Shown here piece by piece: positions 1-13,660 of a stretch of 64,000 nt of DNA. Source of the DNA: Octopus vulgaris (taxonomy: Eukaryota); NCBI GenBank assembly GCA_951406725.2, contig OX597815.1, positions 28,086,001 through 28,150,000 on the forward strand. The letters are read 5' to 3'. Below the pieces are notes generated by a model. That model ran no database searches. It was given only the letters and a program-made list of their open reading frames with translations, and was not told the origin of the DNA. A program made the translations under genes and the position numbers. Within the stretch, counting starts at the first letter, position 1; the number at the start of each line of letters is the position of its first letter.

Positions 1-33
1 GAACTGCGGATGCTCCTTTTCGGAATAATGCAA
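1..33 (-). CDS. KCNMA1 (slo1): Slo1 exon, partial (runs off the window start): (V)ALFRKGASAV..., RCK1-RCK2 linker
   Basis: Strong acceptor ctttttccctctcacag at 34-50. Phase 1 fits the upstream exon. Resembles insect Slo LATFRKGVRAVQ (recalled). Confidence 0.85.
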   Translation of the reverse strand, partial: MHYSEKEHPQF

Positions 34-3000
34 CTGTGAGAGGGAAAAAGAAATTTGAAAACAATAATAAGTATGGTTATCTTAATCAATACTCCATAAT
101 TGTTCAAGTCTGGGACTTCAGTTGGTTAATAGAATCAGGAAATTAAGTTATACTATATTAATAGGAAAATAAAAATATATATATATATAAAGATGAATTA
201 ATGAAAATTTGATGGATCTATAAGATATTTAAAACACCATTTGAATAAATGAAATGTTAAAAATAAAAAAAGCATGCTGTAAGTAAAAGAATATTTTTTT
301 TTATTATGTTATAATGGAAACAGTATGAGAAGAATCTGAGAAGAGATGAATTTGCAATGAATAGCTAGCAGCAATAAAATATGATGAAGGGTTATACATA
401 GAAGTTTATGGTGTTTTATTGATTTGCCTGTTATTCTGGTTGTTAAATTTTATGACATAGCTAGTCAATGTCACAATGATATACACATTATGATTAATTT
501 ACTTTGTCTTCTATAATTACTATCAAGTGAATACTGTGCTATTTATATGTATCTATATATGAATATATATGTATATAGATATTTATCTATAGGTGTGAGG
601 GTGTGTATACACACACACACACATGCGCAGACATATATTTGTATGTTTCTAATTCTTAGTCTGAGTATCAACAATGCTCTTCTGTGATGATGGTTGGAGA
701 TAGTCAGATGAAGTTAAAGGACTAATCATTCTGTTCTGATGGTCAAGTTAAGGGCACTGCATATGCAGAGTAGAAACTTTTGCATTGCAACTGCAGAAGA
801 ATGATAATGGAGTAAGATGTTGTAGAGCACTCATGAGTGAAGTCTTATCTATAAAATAGATAGATTTCTTGTAGAGAAGTATGCAATCTAGAATGTGTAT
901 ATTATTGTTTAGTTCCATGTCACCCCAATTAAGCAGACCTGTGATCAAAGACACTCAAGCCATGACCAAAGGCATGCTAGCCATGACCAATCCAACTGTT
1001 TCAAGGCATATAAGATGACATTATTGTCTTTATCTTCTGTAGGTTAGCAGGGTGTGATTTGAATGATATCTAAGTGCCATTTCAAGCATGTTGAGTGATC
1101 ACATAGAGAGCCTGTTCATTGGCTGATATGTGTGTATATGGTAAGAACCATCATTCATATATTTGAGTCACATTCCAGGGTAGTGTATATTTGTGCTTCA
1201 TATAAATTCAGCAACAGGCTAGAACTGAAATATTTTCTGTCCCTGGAGAGGAATAGCATAATTCTAAATTTTATGTTTCAGCAGTTTTGTTGACCAATGC
1301 GGTCAACATGAATGATATTATATACATATGTATATACTTATTAAGGACTGGTCATTTTTTGTTGTTGTCTAGCTCTAGGTGATCACAGACTAAAACAAAC
1401 CTATGGCCAAATATGTTCCAGTAGTAACCAGTCTATCTAAGTCTACATTATCCAACATTGCCCAATATGCTCTTCTTTTTTTTCAGGATAGAAAATGATG
1501 TTTGGCAATTTGGTTACTATTTCTAGCAGAATAAGCAACCATGTAAAAGGTTTACTCATTGGCAGAAGACTAGTTATCTGTTTATTCAACTAGACTATCT
1601 ATAATAAATAGCAAACTAGTTCCAAATATATAGACAATTTCATGTTGAATTATCTCTAATTTTTGTTTTAATTTGATAACACGAGCTTCTTATCTATCAT
1701 ATGATTAATGAAGATAAACATTTAAATGCTTCTTGCTTTCTCTCAATATTTAGGGTTTTCATTGATATGGCTTATACAATTCATTTCTAGATAATGCAGT
1801 TGAAAGATTTCAGTCTCATTGTTAGTACAATATATTTTTCACTAAGAATAATTCTTCCTATTTGTAAGCTTTTTGTATTATGCTGCCATTATTGCACCAT
1901 AGAATAAGTTAGCATTAGGTGAGAAGATGAACTAAAATAGCTGCTGTTTTTGATGGTAGAATTTTTCATATTAGCAACAAATAAAAATTGTTAATATTTG
2001 AGAAAGAAAGGAAAGAGATTTTTCTTAATATTAGATAAAACACATGGAATCAATAAGCATAACACAAAAAATTCCGTATTCTAGTTGTTCAGCATATGAA
2101 AGTGATTTTATAAACTTAAAATATTTACTTAACTTATTATGTATTTTATTAAAACATGTCTGAGTTTATACTGTAAAATTTACATGATTTTCTACTGAAA
2201 AAATTGAGTGGAGGCATTTCTTATCATTATCATATTGTATGCAGATAATTTCACATGAAAGGTTTGGAAATACTGAATTTTGGTAACAAAAGAAAAGAAA
2301 AGTATGTTTTGCTTCAGTGAAAATAATGAGATATTTAGTGAAAATTTAATGTTTACTTAAAGAAGTGGTATTATATTAGAGAAATTTATGAAAACATTGA
2401 AGAAAACAGTACTGTTTGAAATGTATGAAGTTTGAGAAGAAGTGGCATAACTTGCTCAGACAGTTCTTATAACCTAAAGTGAAAATAGTGCCATACAGTA
2501 TTGGATGGTGTTGCTGCAGAGATGATATTACAAAAGAAATGAAAGAATATTGATAGATATCATAAAAAGTTAAAAACAAAAAACAAAACAAAACAAATAT
2601 TTCTCACTACTAATACATTTTCAAGACTTCTTTTTAAAAAGGGTCAAAAATAAATAAAAAATAATGTATTCCATTGCAATCCAGATTGTACTGGTCAAGA
2701 ACAATAAATTGGGGTGAAAGAGATGATGACAGCTTATAGATTCAGATTAACAACAATATTTAAGAACTTAGTCACATGTGTCAAGACAAGGGTATTTCAA
2801 TAGTGAATAAAATGGCCAAAAAGATGGAAATTATTTTACAATTGCTTTGTATTATATCAGAAAAAAATTTGGTTGCATTGATTCTTAAACAGTTACATTG
2901 TTCTACTATTTGGATTCTATAAAGTACTGAATCCACCAAAGGTACTGGAGTTTATTCTTTTTAATGTTTAACAAGTGACATTGTAACATTCTTTAATGGA

Positions 3001-3069
3001 AACAATGTGTTTAAATAAAGCATTAATTATTTTTAAATGTGTGCACTTCAGTTATAATAAAAATGGGTA

Positions 3070-3400
3070 AAGACCCCTTTGGTTATGAATGACCATGGGA
3101 TTGCACATACAAAGTTCCTCTCTGAGGCACAAGTCTGGGCAAGGTTGTTTATAAAAGACCAGCAATCACCCATGCATACCAGACTCCTCTCTCCATGTCA
3201 CCAATGTTATCCAAGGCAAAGGCCAATACAGCTTGGAACCAATGATGTTGCAACTCATTTCTACAGCTGAGTAAACTGGAGCACCATGAAATAAAGTGAA
3301 GTGTCTTGCTCAAGAACACAACACACACCCCGGTCCGGGATTTGAACTCACAGCCTCATGATTGTGAGCCTGATGCTCTAACCACGGAGCCATGGGCCTA
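3070..3400 (-). mobile_element. tRNA-derived SINE family D (second copy at about 18000-18228)
   Basis: Shared acagctgagt.aactggagca..gaagtgt..tgctcaagaacacaa. The minus strand has a tRNA head (gtggttagag..gagttcaaatccc). Confidence 0.7.
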
Positions 3401-4042
3401 TTCAGTTACAATACTCAGAAATTATATGGTGTTATAATTGGAGATGTAGTCTTAAGTGTGACTGTTAAACATGTTTTATGGTAATATTAAATGAAATATC
3501 TACTTTCAAAACGTCTGGTTATTTAACTGCATAACATGTGAATGGGGATAGGAATATCACAACTTAATAATTCCCTCTCTTTCTCTAAATCAAAACATTG
3601 AGAGTTTATTTTGATCAAGGTCTAATGCAGTATGGTTGATGAAATACCACTATTGCTTTTTATATTAATTACAAAAATGGAAGTGGATTTTAAATAATGA
3701 TTAACTGAAACATTTTTATAGTTGAGACTTGAGCGTTTTAAAAACATTCTCCTTGTGGGAGGTATATAGTAGATAAACACATTAATGACAAAGAATATGA
3801 AAAATATATTATACTGAAGTATGTCTTATATATATTTATATACCATACTTCAAAACAAAGAAAATCATATTGATAACCTCAAAATAAAATATTGTACATT
3901 TGTATATTCTTCACCATGTACTTTATGATTCACAACAATTAATGATATTTCAAATTCCTTTCAGCTTACAAACTTGTCTCTTCATTTCTCGTACAATGTT
4001 GAAATTAATAATGACACATGCAAATTAAAACAACATCCCTAC

Positions 4043-4119
4043 CTGGTCGACATCGACATTTTTTAATTGCTCGAACATCTGTCACAACTCCATGGCAAGT
4101 CTTGCAATAATAGAAAGCC
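4043..4119 (-). CDS. KCNMA1 (slo1): Slo1 exon with heme-binding CxxCH ([25 protein letters not shown]), 77 nt, phase 2-1
   Basis: Matches [24 protein letters not shown]. Acceptor attatag, donor gtaggg. Confidence 0.95.
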
Positions 4120-4489
4120 CTATAATATCAACAATAAAAAATATATATAAATATACTAAAATGAAAGAAATCTGAATTAAAATTCAAGATTTTCTAAATT
4201 ATGAAATGGAAATGAAAATTTCATGGGTGACAGGTTGGAAAAAATGTTTTAATTGGTATAGCAGAGAATAATAAATTGGAACTAGATGGATATATGCATG
4301 GCTGTGTGGTTAATAAATTTACTTTGAAGCTACATGAATATACAGTTGACTCTTGATTAACATCATAGGCAAATGCCTTCTTCCGTAGTCTTTGATCAAA
4401 CAAGGCCTTGGGAGGGAAGTTTGGTAGATGGAAACTGGGAGAAACCCCACCAGAAGGACTGTTCCTTCTCAGGTGAGAATCTTAATCCA

Positions 4490-6385
4490 TCATCCACTTC
4501 AACATTATTACTTGAGCCTTGGGTACCTTCAGTAGAGTTCATGCTGGCCAGCACTTGGGCCAGTCACCAGTCTGAAAATATTTTTCTCCTTAGTTCCCAA
4601 TAGTTATGGAGTCCCTGCATAGGGTCATAGATCCTAGATGATATGTATGACAAAAGAGACTTATAACTTGGAGGACAAGTGGGATAATTTGCTGAAAGTT
4701 ACTGACCAGATCTCGGGTTGGAGCAAAGCATCAGCAAAACAAAAAGTAGCATGATAGTGGAATACTACTGTAAATAGAACCTTAAATGCTAAAAGACAAG
4801 GCTGAAAGAAATTGGGGACCAAAGAGGAATACCATTTTATTAGAAGAGAAGCTAGATAACAAGTGTATATAGCATGGAGAGTAGCTGAAAAAGAAGGTTT
4901 GCTGGTGTTTAGTGCTGGGAGGATTAGAGGCATGATGTGTTCCAAATTACAAGGCAGTATGTTAAAGCAAACCAAAATTTCACAGGGGAAAAGTATGTCC
5001 AAAATAATAGTGGTGCAGTTTCCTTGAGTGATGAGAAGAGAGAGAATCTGATAGACTCACTATGAGAGATTGTTTAAAATGGAAAATTTGTAGAGGGAAG
5101 CTACTGAGATAGATAGTTATATGGTCAAATTGGCTACTAAGCATATGAAGTTTGAAAAAGCAGTTGGTCAATGTAGTATTCTGAAAATACCTGAAGTAGG
5201 GATGGAAATATGTGATCTGTGGGTGTATAAGAAGTGTAGTGGAATCAAAGACAGGTTGACAGAGAATAGAGAGTTTGCTTGTGGTAGAAGTACAGAAGTA
5301 GAGAGGCTTTAGCACATCAGTAAAATAAATTCCTTGCAATGCACAGAAGGCTCTATAGAAGTAATTGATGGCTTCTGTTACATAAGTGATCTAATCAGCA
5401 GTTGGGGAGGGTGTTCTGAAAGCATAGTGGCCAGAATTAGAATAGATTGGAATACATCCAGGGAGCTATTACTTCTGCTAACAAAAATAGGATTTGTTTT
5501 CTGGGTGAAGGGTAGATTGTATGATGTCTGTGTATACACTGTGACATTGCATGGTAGTGAATGCAAAATATGTGCAATGGCTGTAAAGAAATAAGGTGAT
5601 ATGCTTGATATGTATAATTACTGTGCATAAATGACAAGGCATTGAAGGCGGCAAGCTGGCAGAAACGTTAGCACGCCGGGTGAAATGCTTAGCAGTATTT
5701 TGTCTGCTGCTATGTTCTGAGTTCAAATTCCGCTGAGGTCGACTTTGCCTTTCATCCTTTCAGGGTCGATTAAATAAGTACTAGTTACGCACTGGGGTCG
5801 ATATAATCGACTTAATCTGTTTGTCTGTCCTCTTTGTGTTTAGCTCCTTGTAGGTAGTAAAGAAATAGGTATTTCGTCTGCTGCTACGTTCTGAGTTCAA
5901 ATTCCGCTGAGGTCGACTTTGCCTTTCATCCTTTCGGGGGTCGATATATTAAGTACCAGTTGCACACTGGGGTCGATGTAATTGACTTAATCCATTTGTC
6001 TGTCCTTGTTTGTCCCCTCTGAGTGTAGTCCCTTGTGGGCAGTAAAGAAATAATAAATGACAAGGCATAGATAATCCGAGAGAAAAATTGGGTATAAGAG
6101 GAATCAACTGTAGTCTGCAAGTGTAACAGCTATATTCATATGGAGATATAATGCATATGGATCATGACAAGTAGGTGAAAAAGTGCAAGGAGATTCATGT
6201 GGAAGGATTCAAGAGAAGAGGACAACATGGGCAAAATCGATGAAGGTCGAACTCAGGAAACTGGAACTCACAATTGAAATAATAAAGAAATGTAATAAGT
6301 AATGGGATGCTGTGTTGGAGGAAAGCTGTCCAACCTATACAAGCATAGAAAAATGGACATAAAAGTGATGAGAAGGACGATGATG
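4490..6385 (+). mobile_element. Decayed RTE-like LINE, split by a SINE at 5646-6055
   Basis: IEVIDGFCYISDLISSWGGCSESIVARIRIDW..KGRLYDVCV..LHGSE. Sequence resumes after the SINE with the duplicated target ataaatgacaaggcat. Confidence 0.75.
5646..6055 (+). mobile_element. tRNA-derived SINE family A (Meta-domain-like), with internal tandem duplication; other copies 6868-7097(+), 17648-17880(+), 22663-22895(+), 24742-24950(+), 25680-25845(-), 36920-37150(-), 56764-57180(-), 63590-63680(-)
   Basis: aaggcggc.agctggcaga head, gagttcaaattcc B-box, and central gcctttcatcctttcggggtcgata shared across the copies. Confidence 0.88.
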
Positions 6386-6547
6386 TTTAAATATAGGATG
6401 GGAAATTTTTCTTCATGCAAAAAATTATATGTAAAAAGTGTGCTGTTGCAGTGTAATGAGTGACACATGTGGATTGTTTATGGAAGATGATTATATAGAT
6501 GAGGATTATTAGAGACATACATATACGAATACTGCAAAAGAAAATAC

Positions 6548-6706
6548 CTTTTAACTTCTTCAGCAGATTCTGCAATGAAGAATCCTTGAGTTGCTCTTTC
6601 TATTTTGATTTTGGGTCCTGGGTTAATTGCAAGAGAACTTTCTCTGCTATCACCAAGACGTGCTTCAATAGCTAACAACAAGAGTTTCAGTTTCGTGAAA
6701 CATAAC
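6548..6706 (-). CDS. KCNMA1 (slo1): Slo1 exon: end of RCK1 ([53 protein letters not shown]), 159 nt, phase 2-2
   Basis: Inside ORF 6478..6753. Acceptor ttttatag, donor gtattt. Confidence 0.96.
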
Positions 6707-7624
6707 CTATAAAATAAAACATAGTATAAAAGAATATAGACAAATATATACATTTTTTAAAATTACATGGTTTAAAAAAAAACGGTCAAATTTTTAGTTC
6801 TTTAGTCCATTTTTGCAAGCTGGAATAGCTTGGAGACATTGTCATGGACTATGTCATCTGGCACACCAAGGCGGCAAGCTGGCAGACATGTTAGTGCGCT
6901 GGGCGAAATGCTTAGCGGTATTTCGTCTGTTGTTATGTTCTGAGTTCAAATTCCGCCGAGGTCGACTTTGCCTTTCATCCTTTCAGGGTTGATAAATAAA
7001 GTACCAGTTTCACACTGGGGTCGATGTAATTGACTTAATCCATTTATCTGTCCTTGTTTGTCCCCTCTATGTTTAGTCCCTTGTGGGCAATAAAGAAAAA
7101 AATATGTCATCTTGCACACACAGTAACAGAGAGCGTCTGACTTTGGTGTTGTGTATGTCTTACAATGTGGACTGAATACAGTTCACCATGCCACTGATAC
7201 TTTATGACACCTCATCACAACCATTTTTGTCTTCCTTCAAGCTACTTCCCTCCACCTGTATATATTGTGGTGTAGCTGTGTCTCTCCTAGGCCTGTCCGT
7301 CTATCATACTTTAGCCTCTCAACACCTGGCATAAAGCTGCCTCCCTCTCAACTACAACCCCACTCAGACAAGGGATCTTTCCTATGTCTTACAAGCTCTT
7401 TGGTAATATCACAGATGCTAGTGTCATGAAAAAAACACCACCCAGTATACTCTGTAAAGTGGTTGGCAGTGGGAAGGGCATCCAGCCACAGAAGCCATGC
7501 TAAAACAGATATTGGAGCTCAAAGTTGTCCTCCAGCATTTTGAATCATGTCAAGCTGTCCTGATCATGTCAGCATGGAAGATGGCTGCTAAATTATGATG
7601 ATGATGATATACATACATATATAT

Positions 7625-8460
7625 ATGTTTGCTGAACACTTAGAGGATATAAGACTCTGGAATGAAACTCCAGTCTTGCTCCACTTCACTTGGCTTGGCA
7701 TTCCTTTCAATATCCATGTGCTCAAACTGGTAGTGCATAGAGGCCTCCTGGGCTCCTGTCTCCATCCGGAGCAGGAATTAGTCTTTTCTTTTTGAACTTT
7801 GATCTCCAACAGTTTTAATTTTCAATCCCTTGTTTGTTTAATTTCACATTTTTTACCACTTTATATACACACCACCCACCTCATGCTTTCCCACAGTCCC
7901 CATATTCAAAATTCCTTACATACCAATACCACTCTTATAAGCAAAATACCAAACAGCATCCACACAAACACATTTAAACAGAGTACGCATACACATTGCA
8001 GCCACATATACACTTAAAAACATACACATACACTAGCACACATACTTCAATTAGTTTCACATGCCACGCATATGCACACACACACACACACACATTAATG
8101 TCCCCAACACACATTAATGTCCCCTGTTTTCACATAAACATGTTTAGCCAGTATAAATGCACACAACAGCCTCATACACACACAAACGAAGCACACACAC
8201 ACACACACAAATAAACTAGCAAATAAGCACATACACATACATGTCAGGTCACAATTGTAGCCCTTGACACTCACACCTAAAGCGACCACTCAACTACTTC
8301 TACTTTTTCACCATGCCATGATGGCTGGTTACACGTGTGTATCTATGTTTCAAATTTTTCTTTTCCTTTCTTTTCCATCTCTATCCTATCTGTCAGAAGA
8401 AGAGTGTATACTTGAAACATTAGACATTTCCTTCTGTTTCTATTTTCATTACTTCTGCAC
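7625..8460 (+). mobile_element. Decayed Penelope-like remnant (EN tail, CA-rich spacer, pLTR)
   Basis: FAEHLEDIRLWNETPVLLHF...EQELVFSF resembles a PLE EN C-terminus. Hammerhead relic tgtcagaaga-a-gagt-gtat-actt-gaaa-catt-agaca at about 8391-8426. Confidence 0.6.
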
Positions 8461-9840
8461 AAAACACATGTGTGTGTGTGTGTGTATGTGTACATACATA
8501 CATGCATACATACATATATAGATAGGGTAGATGCTTTCAAGAAACAAATTGACCTCCTGGTGTCCAAGGCACCAGATGAACCTACATCACAGCAAGAAAC
8601 TGAAAAGAGAGCAGCAATATGGAACTCCCTCCTTCTCCAAAAGTCAATCGCATAAGAATAGCCATTGAAAAAGTGATAACACTAGCAGTGCCCCAGCATG
8701 GCCATAGCCTTTGGGCTGAACACTTAAAAGAATAAAAGAATGTGTGTATGTGTGTTTGTATGTATGGATGCATGTATATGTGTATATATGTATAAACAAA
8801 GTGAAGAATATTGGTTTTCTAAATATTGCACAAAATAATGATGTTTTCATTCCTGAAATGAAAAAAAAAAAGTTTTTACATCCCTTTTTTTTCTAAAAAG
8901 AAATAAATAAACTATCTTAACTAGGGTAAGAAGGATTTTGCATATTTTAATATTTGCATTTAATGTGTTGCAGAAAATGCATTTTTTTTTTTTTTTGCAT
9001 TTGTATTTTTCAACTGGATGGTTTTGTTACTTACTACTAACCATTCAGCTATGAAATAAGATTAACATCTATTTTGAGCTGAGTTGGCCAAAGGAAATAG
9101 AAAAAAATAATAAATAAATAAAAAGATGCAGATAATTTTCAGACATATATATATATGTATACACAATAATTTAAGAAGGAAACCGACAGCCTGTTATATG
9201 ATAGTATGCCATCTCTAGCTATCTTCCATACATACAGAAATATCTAAAAACTGAAATTCAACAAGTTTAGTAGTAGGTAGCTGTGCTATATATAATCCTA
9301 TGAAGTTGCTTCTTACCATATAGAACTGGTTCTTAAGCTTGATACCTCAGTTTAGGAGAGAGAAGTAAATGGTATGTTGTGATATTCATACATTTTCAAA
9401 AGGTTAGTAATGAGAGTGGCGTGGTTATTTAGTGAACAATAGTGTCATTAGTTATGTACACCTGACGGAAAGGGTGACAAGAGATGAACAAATATTGCAA
9501 AGAGCTTCATTTGAAGGGTACTGGTTTTTGTAATTTTCTTACTGATGTTTATATCTTTTGCTGATTTACATGAGTGAATGAAAGGTAAACACTTATATAC
9601 ATATATATTATATATATTATCATAATTTAATATCCGTTTTCCATGTGGGCATGAGTTGGACGGCTAGATCAGAGCTGGCAAGCTAGAGAGCTGTACCAGG
9701 TTCCAGTCTGATTTGGCTGGATTTCTATAGTTGGATGCCCTTCCTAATGCCAGCTGTTTTACAGTGTGCTGGGTGCTTTTTACATGAACTAGTATGGGTG
9801 TTTTCACATGGTCTGGCAAAGGTGCTTTTTACATACCTAC

Positions 9841-9903
<63 letters not shown>

Positions 9904-10161
9904 ATATATATATATATATATACACATAAACACGCCTATATCATCATCATCACCATCGTTTAGCGTCCGCTTTCCATACTGGCATGGGTTGGACGGTGCA
10001 ACTGGGGTCTGGGAAGCCAGAAGGCTGCACCAGGCCCAGTCTGATCTGGCAATGTTTCTACGGCTGGATGCCCTTCCTAACGCCAACCACTCCATGAGTA
10101 TAGTGGGTGCTTTTTACGTACCAGATGAGGCTGGCAAATGGCCACGATCCTATATGTATGC

Positions 10162-10196
<35 letters not shown>

Positions 10197-10984
10197 TATA
10201 TGTGTGTGTGTAAGAAATTCCTTCAGACTAATGAGGCAATCAGTTCTAATAGTATCCCTTCTGTTACCTTCAAACTGTGGGCAGCAGGGATAGCTTTTGC
10301 AAAGCTTTATTATTTTTTTCTCTTTATAAGGGCTTATCCTAAACTTTGGAAACATGCAGCAGTATATCCCCTTCCCAAGAAATGTAATCTTCTTGACCTT
10401 GCCAATTACTGTTCTACTGACTGCACTGTTGAAATCTGAAAGGTGAGGAAAATAGTTATGAACAATCACTGTTTTTATTAACTTTAGGTGATGAAACCAC
10501 TATGTGGTTACTCAACCTACCAAAAATAACACCCAAATATTTTTCATATTATAGTCTAACATCTTTAAATAAGGAAGGACACATTGGATAATGAATTTGT
10601 AGATGCACTATCAGTGTTATTTTGAGACATTAAAAATAAATTTGGAAGGTCTTATTTTCACAACTAGTGTGACTCCAATCTACTATTCATACTACATAAA
10701 AGATTATAAATTTACTGCAGCAGTTTATTTACTACTTATCTTTCGTTATTTTGAAAGATTTAAGACTTCAGATATCAGTTGATTAAATTTGACATTTAGA
10801 AAATGAATAGCTATGGTAGTTAATATGAGTGCTAGAGTCAGAATCTATTATCTCTTTTACTCTCAGATATACACAAGTGATTTCCTTAATCACGTTCTAT
10901 TAAGGAAATAACCTTCTAAACATTCCCAAATAACTTTTTGAGAGGAGAGCTTATAAATTAAATGTACTTTCAGCAAAAAATACT

Positions 10985-11520
10985 CCGAGGAAACTGAGGG
11001 TTTTGTGGCCTGCTGCTAATGAGAAAGGGAAATATAAAGAGTTTGAAAACAAGGTTTGTCGGGCTCTTTATAAAATGACAGGCTCTACAGTGGAGAAACT
11101 GGGTAAATTATCAAGCTCAATATATGATATAGGAAAAGATTTATTTGGGTTCGTTGGACACAGTGTGAGACGACTGTTGTTATTGCTAGGCCTAACTCAT
11201 CATAAAGTCAATACTACCATGACCGATATCCAATCTACAGTGGAGAAGGCCAGCCACTGGATTTGGATAAAAAGAGATGATGAGCGATGGCTAGAAGGAT
11301 ATTGAGCTTAATTTGATAACCTGCTGATCTAGCAAGTGAGGCTTCATATCAGTGATGGGGGGGGGGCGGTGTGCATTGATGCCGTCGAGAGGTAGGCCCC
11401 AAAACAGCACGCATTCTCTCCTGATGACCCCATACACTTGCTGGCTTCCGGTATACAGAGCTTTTGACTGGTAGAACTTGCATGTGCAAGTTGTTTGCAA
11501 GACATCTACACAAAACAGTA
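10985..11520 (+). mobile_element. Internally deleted RLE-type non-LTR retrotransposon (HERO-like)
   Basis: N-terminal-like WPAANEKGKYKEFE..LFG is fused directly to C-terminal VEKASHWIWIKRDDERW. A related 3' UTR lies at about 36230-36390. Family assignment is from memory. Confidence 0.6.
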
Positions 11521-13484
11521 TATGCTCTCAGGAGTTTAACTTCAATGGTCAGCATCTATCTTGATCTCTTATGGTAAAAATGATAATACAAAGTCATATA
11601 TTTTTCTTTTACTTGCTTCATTCATTGCACTGTAGCCATGCAAGGGATAGCCTCGAAGAGTTAAGTTGGACAAATCGATATCAGTACTCTTTTCAAATCT
11701 TGTACTTATTCTTTCAGTCCCTTTTGCTAAATCACTAATTTACAGGGACATAAACAAACCAACTGGTCGTCAAATGGTGGTGGTGGGACAAACACAAATA
11801 CAAAAACAAACACACATGTGTACACACACACACACTGTACATACACAGACACATACACAAAACAGATTTTTGTCAACCAAATTCACTCACAATATATTGG
11901 TTAGCCCTGGGCTATAGTAGAAGACATTTGTTCAAGGTACTGTGCAGTGGGACTGAACCCAAAACCACATGGTTGCAAAATGAGCTTAACCATACAGCTA
12001 TGCTCATGCCTTTATTTTAAAGAATATATTTTGCAGATTTTGGAAATTTTCTAGCAGTTTAACAAAAATATTTTACTGACAGTAAAAATATTTACTGACT
12101 AAATATTTAGTAAAAATATTTTACTAAATTTAAGCATTTAAGAAAGGGTCAGAATTTGGGTATAAAGAACTGACATTTGCAAATATACTCTATTATTATT
12201 TATGCCATTTTTCTTTAAGCAGAAGTTTAGTAAAATAATATCATAACAATTAGATGTAGCTAAAAGAAATATTGAGAAACTGTTGTCTTTGATGATGGAA
12301 AAACCAATACTATGATATATATGTTATGTGCTACACTTTACACAAGGGTATTGTTTGTAGCAATGAAGCATAAAAGTTTTCAAAGGTTAGCAAGAATTAG
12401 AATGAGTTGATATACTGGTTGTATAATGTGAAGTGAAAGATTGTCACTTTTTGGCAGTAATTTGTTCTGTAAATGAATGGTATGATAAATATTAATGAGC
12501 GAATGCCAGAGAAATAACCATTGTCATGAGAAGAGAGAAGTGGAAAAGTTGAGCTAAATAATAACAGAGCTTGAGAGTATCAAGTTAAAGGAGTTAAGTA
12601 ATACAGAGAACATAACTGAAGGATAAATACATGTGGAAAAAGAGTGGCTATAACTATTTTATGCCATTACAGTAAAATGGAATATAATATAAAACTGATT
12701 ATAATAATGGTAATCAGGATGCCTTCATTCTATAAGTATTTTTAATTCATAACAGAAATGAAAATTATTACAATCCATTTATGTTGTTGCAATTATCATA
12801 TATCAGAGCTTTATTTGCAAGGCTAAACACTGGCAAACTCTTCAGTTATATAATGGGAAAATGACAGCTTGCCAAAGTGAAAAGATACTGGTTAAATGTA
12901 CTAAGTGTGTACCAGGTTAGAAGTGTACTAAGAAAGGAAATCTAAGCAAATACAACAGAAAATACTTTCTTCACTCAGATATATAAAATTCAGACAATTC
13001 AACAGCTTAGAGCTGGAAGTAAAAATTAGAAGATTTATTTCCTCAACTGATAGAATTTGACCCCAAAATGATTTTCATCTAGCCACTAAAATATTTTCTG
13101 ACATGATTTGTAGCTACTCTGAAAAAGATTTCCAAATTTTTTGGAATAAACCAAAGTCAAAAGTTTTAAGAACTATGAAAGGTAGTTTTTACCACACTTG
13201 TAAAAAAACAAATAGAAGTTCACAATATTAGAAATCCCTTAAGCAGTTAACAACTAGTTGATTTTATTTTCAAAAAATTTTTTCATTCTTTTATGTTGAA
13301 ATTCTTTTTCTTCTAATTCAGTTACCTTATTTATAATTTAACCTGAAATCAATATCTATGAAACTATTAAATATGTCATTGAAAAAACATAAAATTTAAA
13401 AATTTGACATTGAATTTTATATGGCCTCCCAATGCACAGAAGAGGAACATGAAGAATGAATTAACATTAACAAATTTTGATATA

Positions 13485-13660
13485 TTACAAAGAGATAGGA
13501 ACGAGGTTTGCACAGCATGCAAACTTCGTTACAAATAGATAAGGATGAGGTTTGCATAGCATGCAAACTTCGTTACAAAGAGATAAGGATGAGGTTTGCA
13601 TAGCATGCAAACTTCATTACAAAGAGATAAGGATGAGGTTTGCATAGTATGCAAACTTCG
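13485..13660. repeat. Minisatellite, 4 x 44 bp, each unit carrying a hairpin
   Basis: Unit ttacaaagagataaggatgaggtttgcatagcatgcaaacttcg. Internal stem gaggtttgcat / atgcaaacttc. Confidence 0.92.

Noticed and set aside
3965-3992. 18-nt phase-1 microexon candidate with gtaagc donor
   Set aside because: Weak GAG acceptor with no pyrimidine tract, and the upstream intron would be only about 55 nt.
13485-13660. CRISPR-like array of palindromic repeats
   Set aside because: The would-be spacers are identical, there are no cas genes, and the context is a eukaryotic intron. It is a minisatellite.
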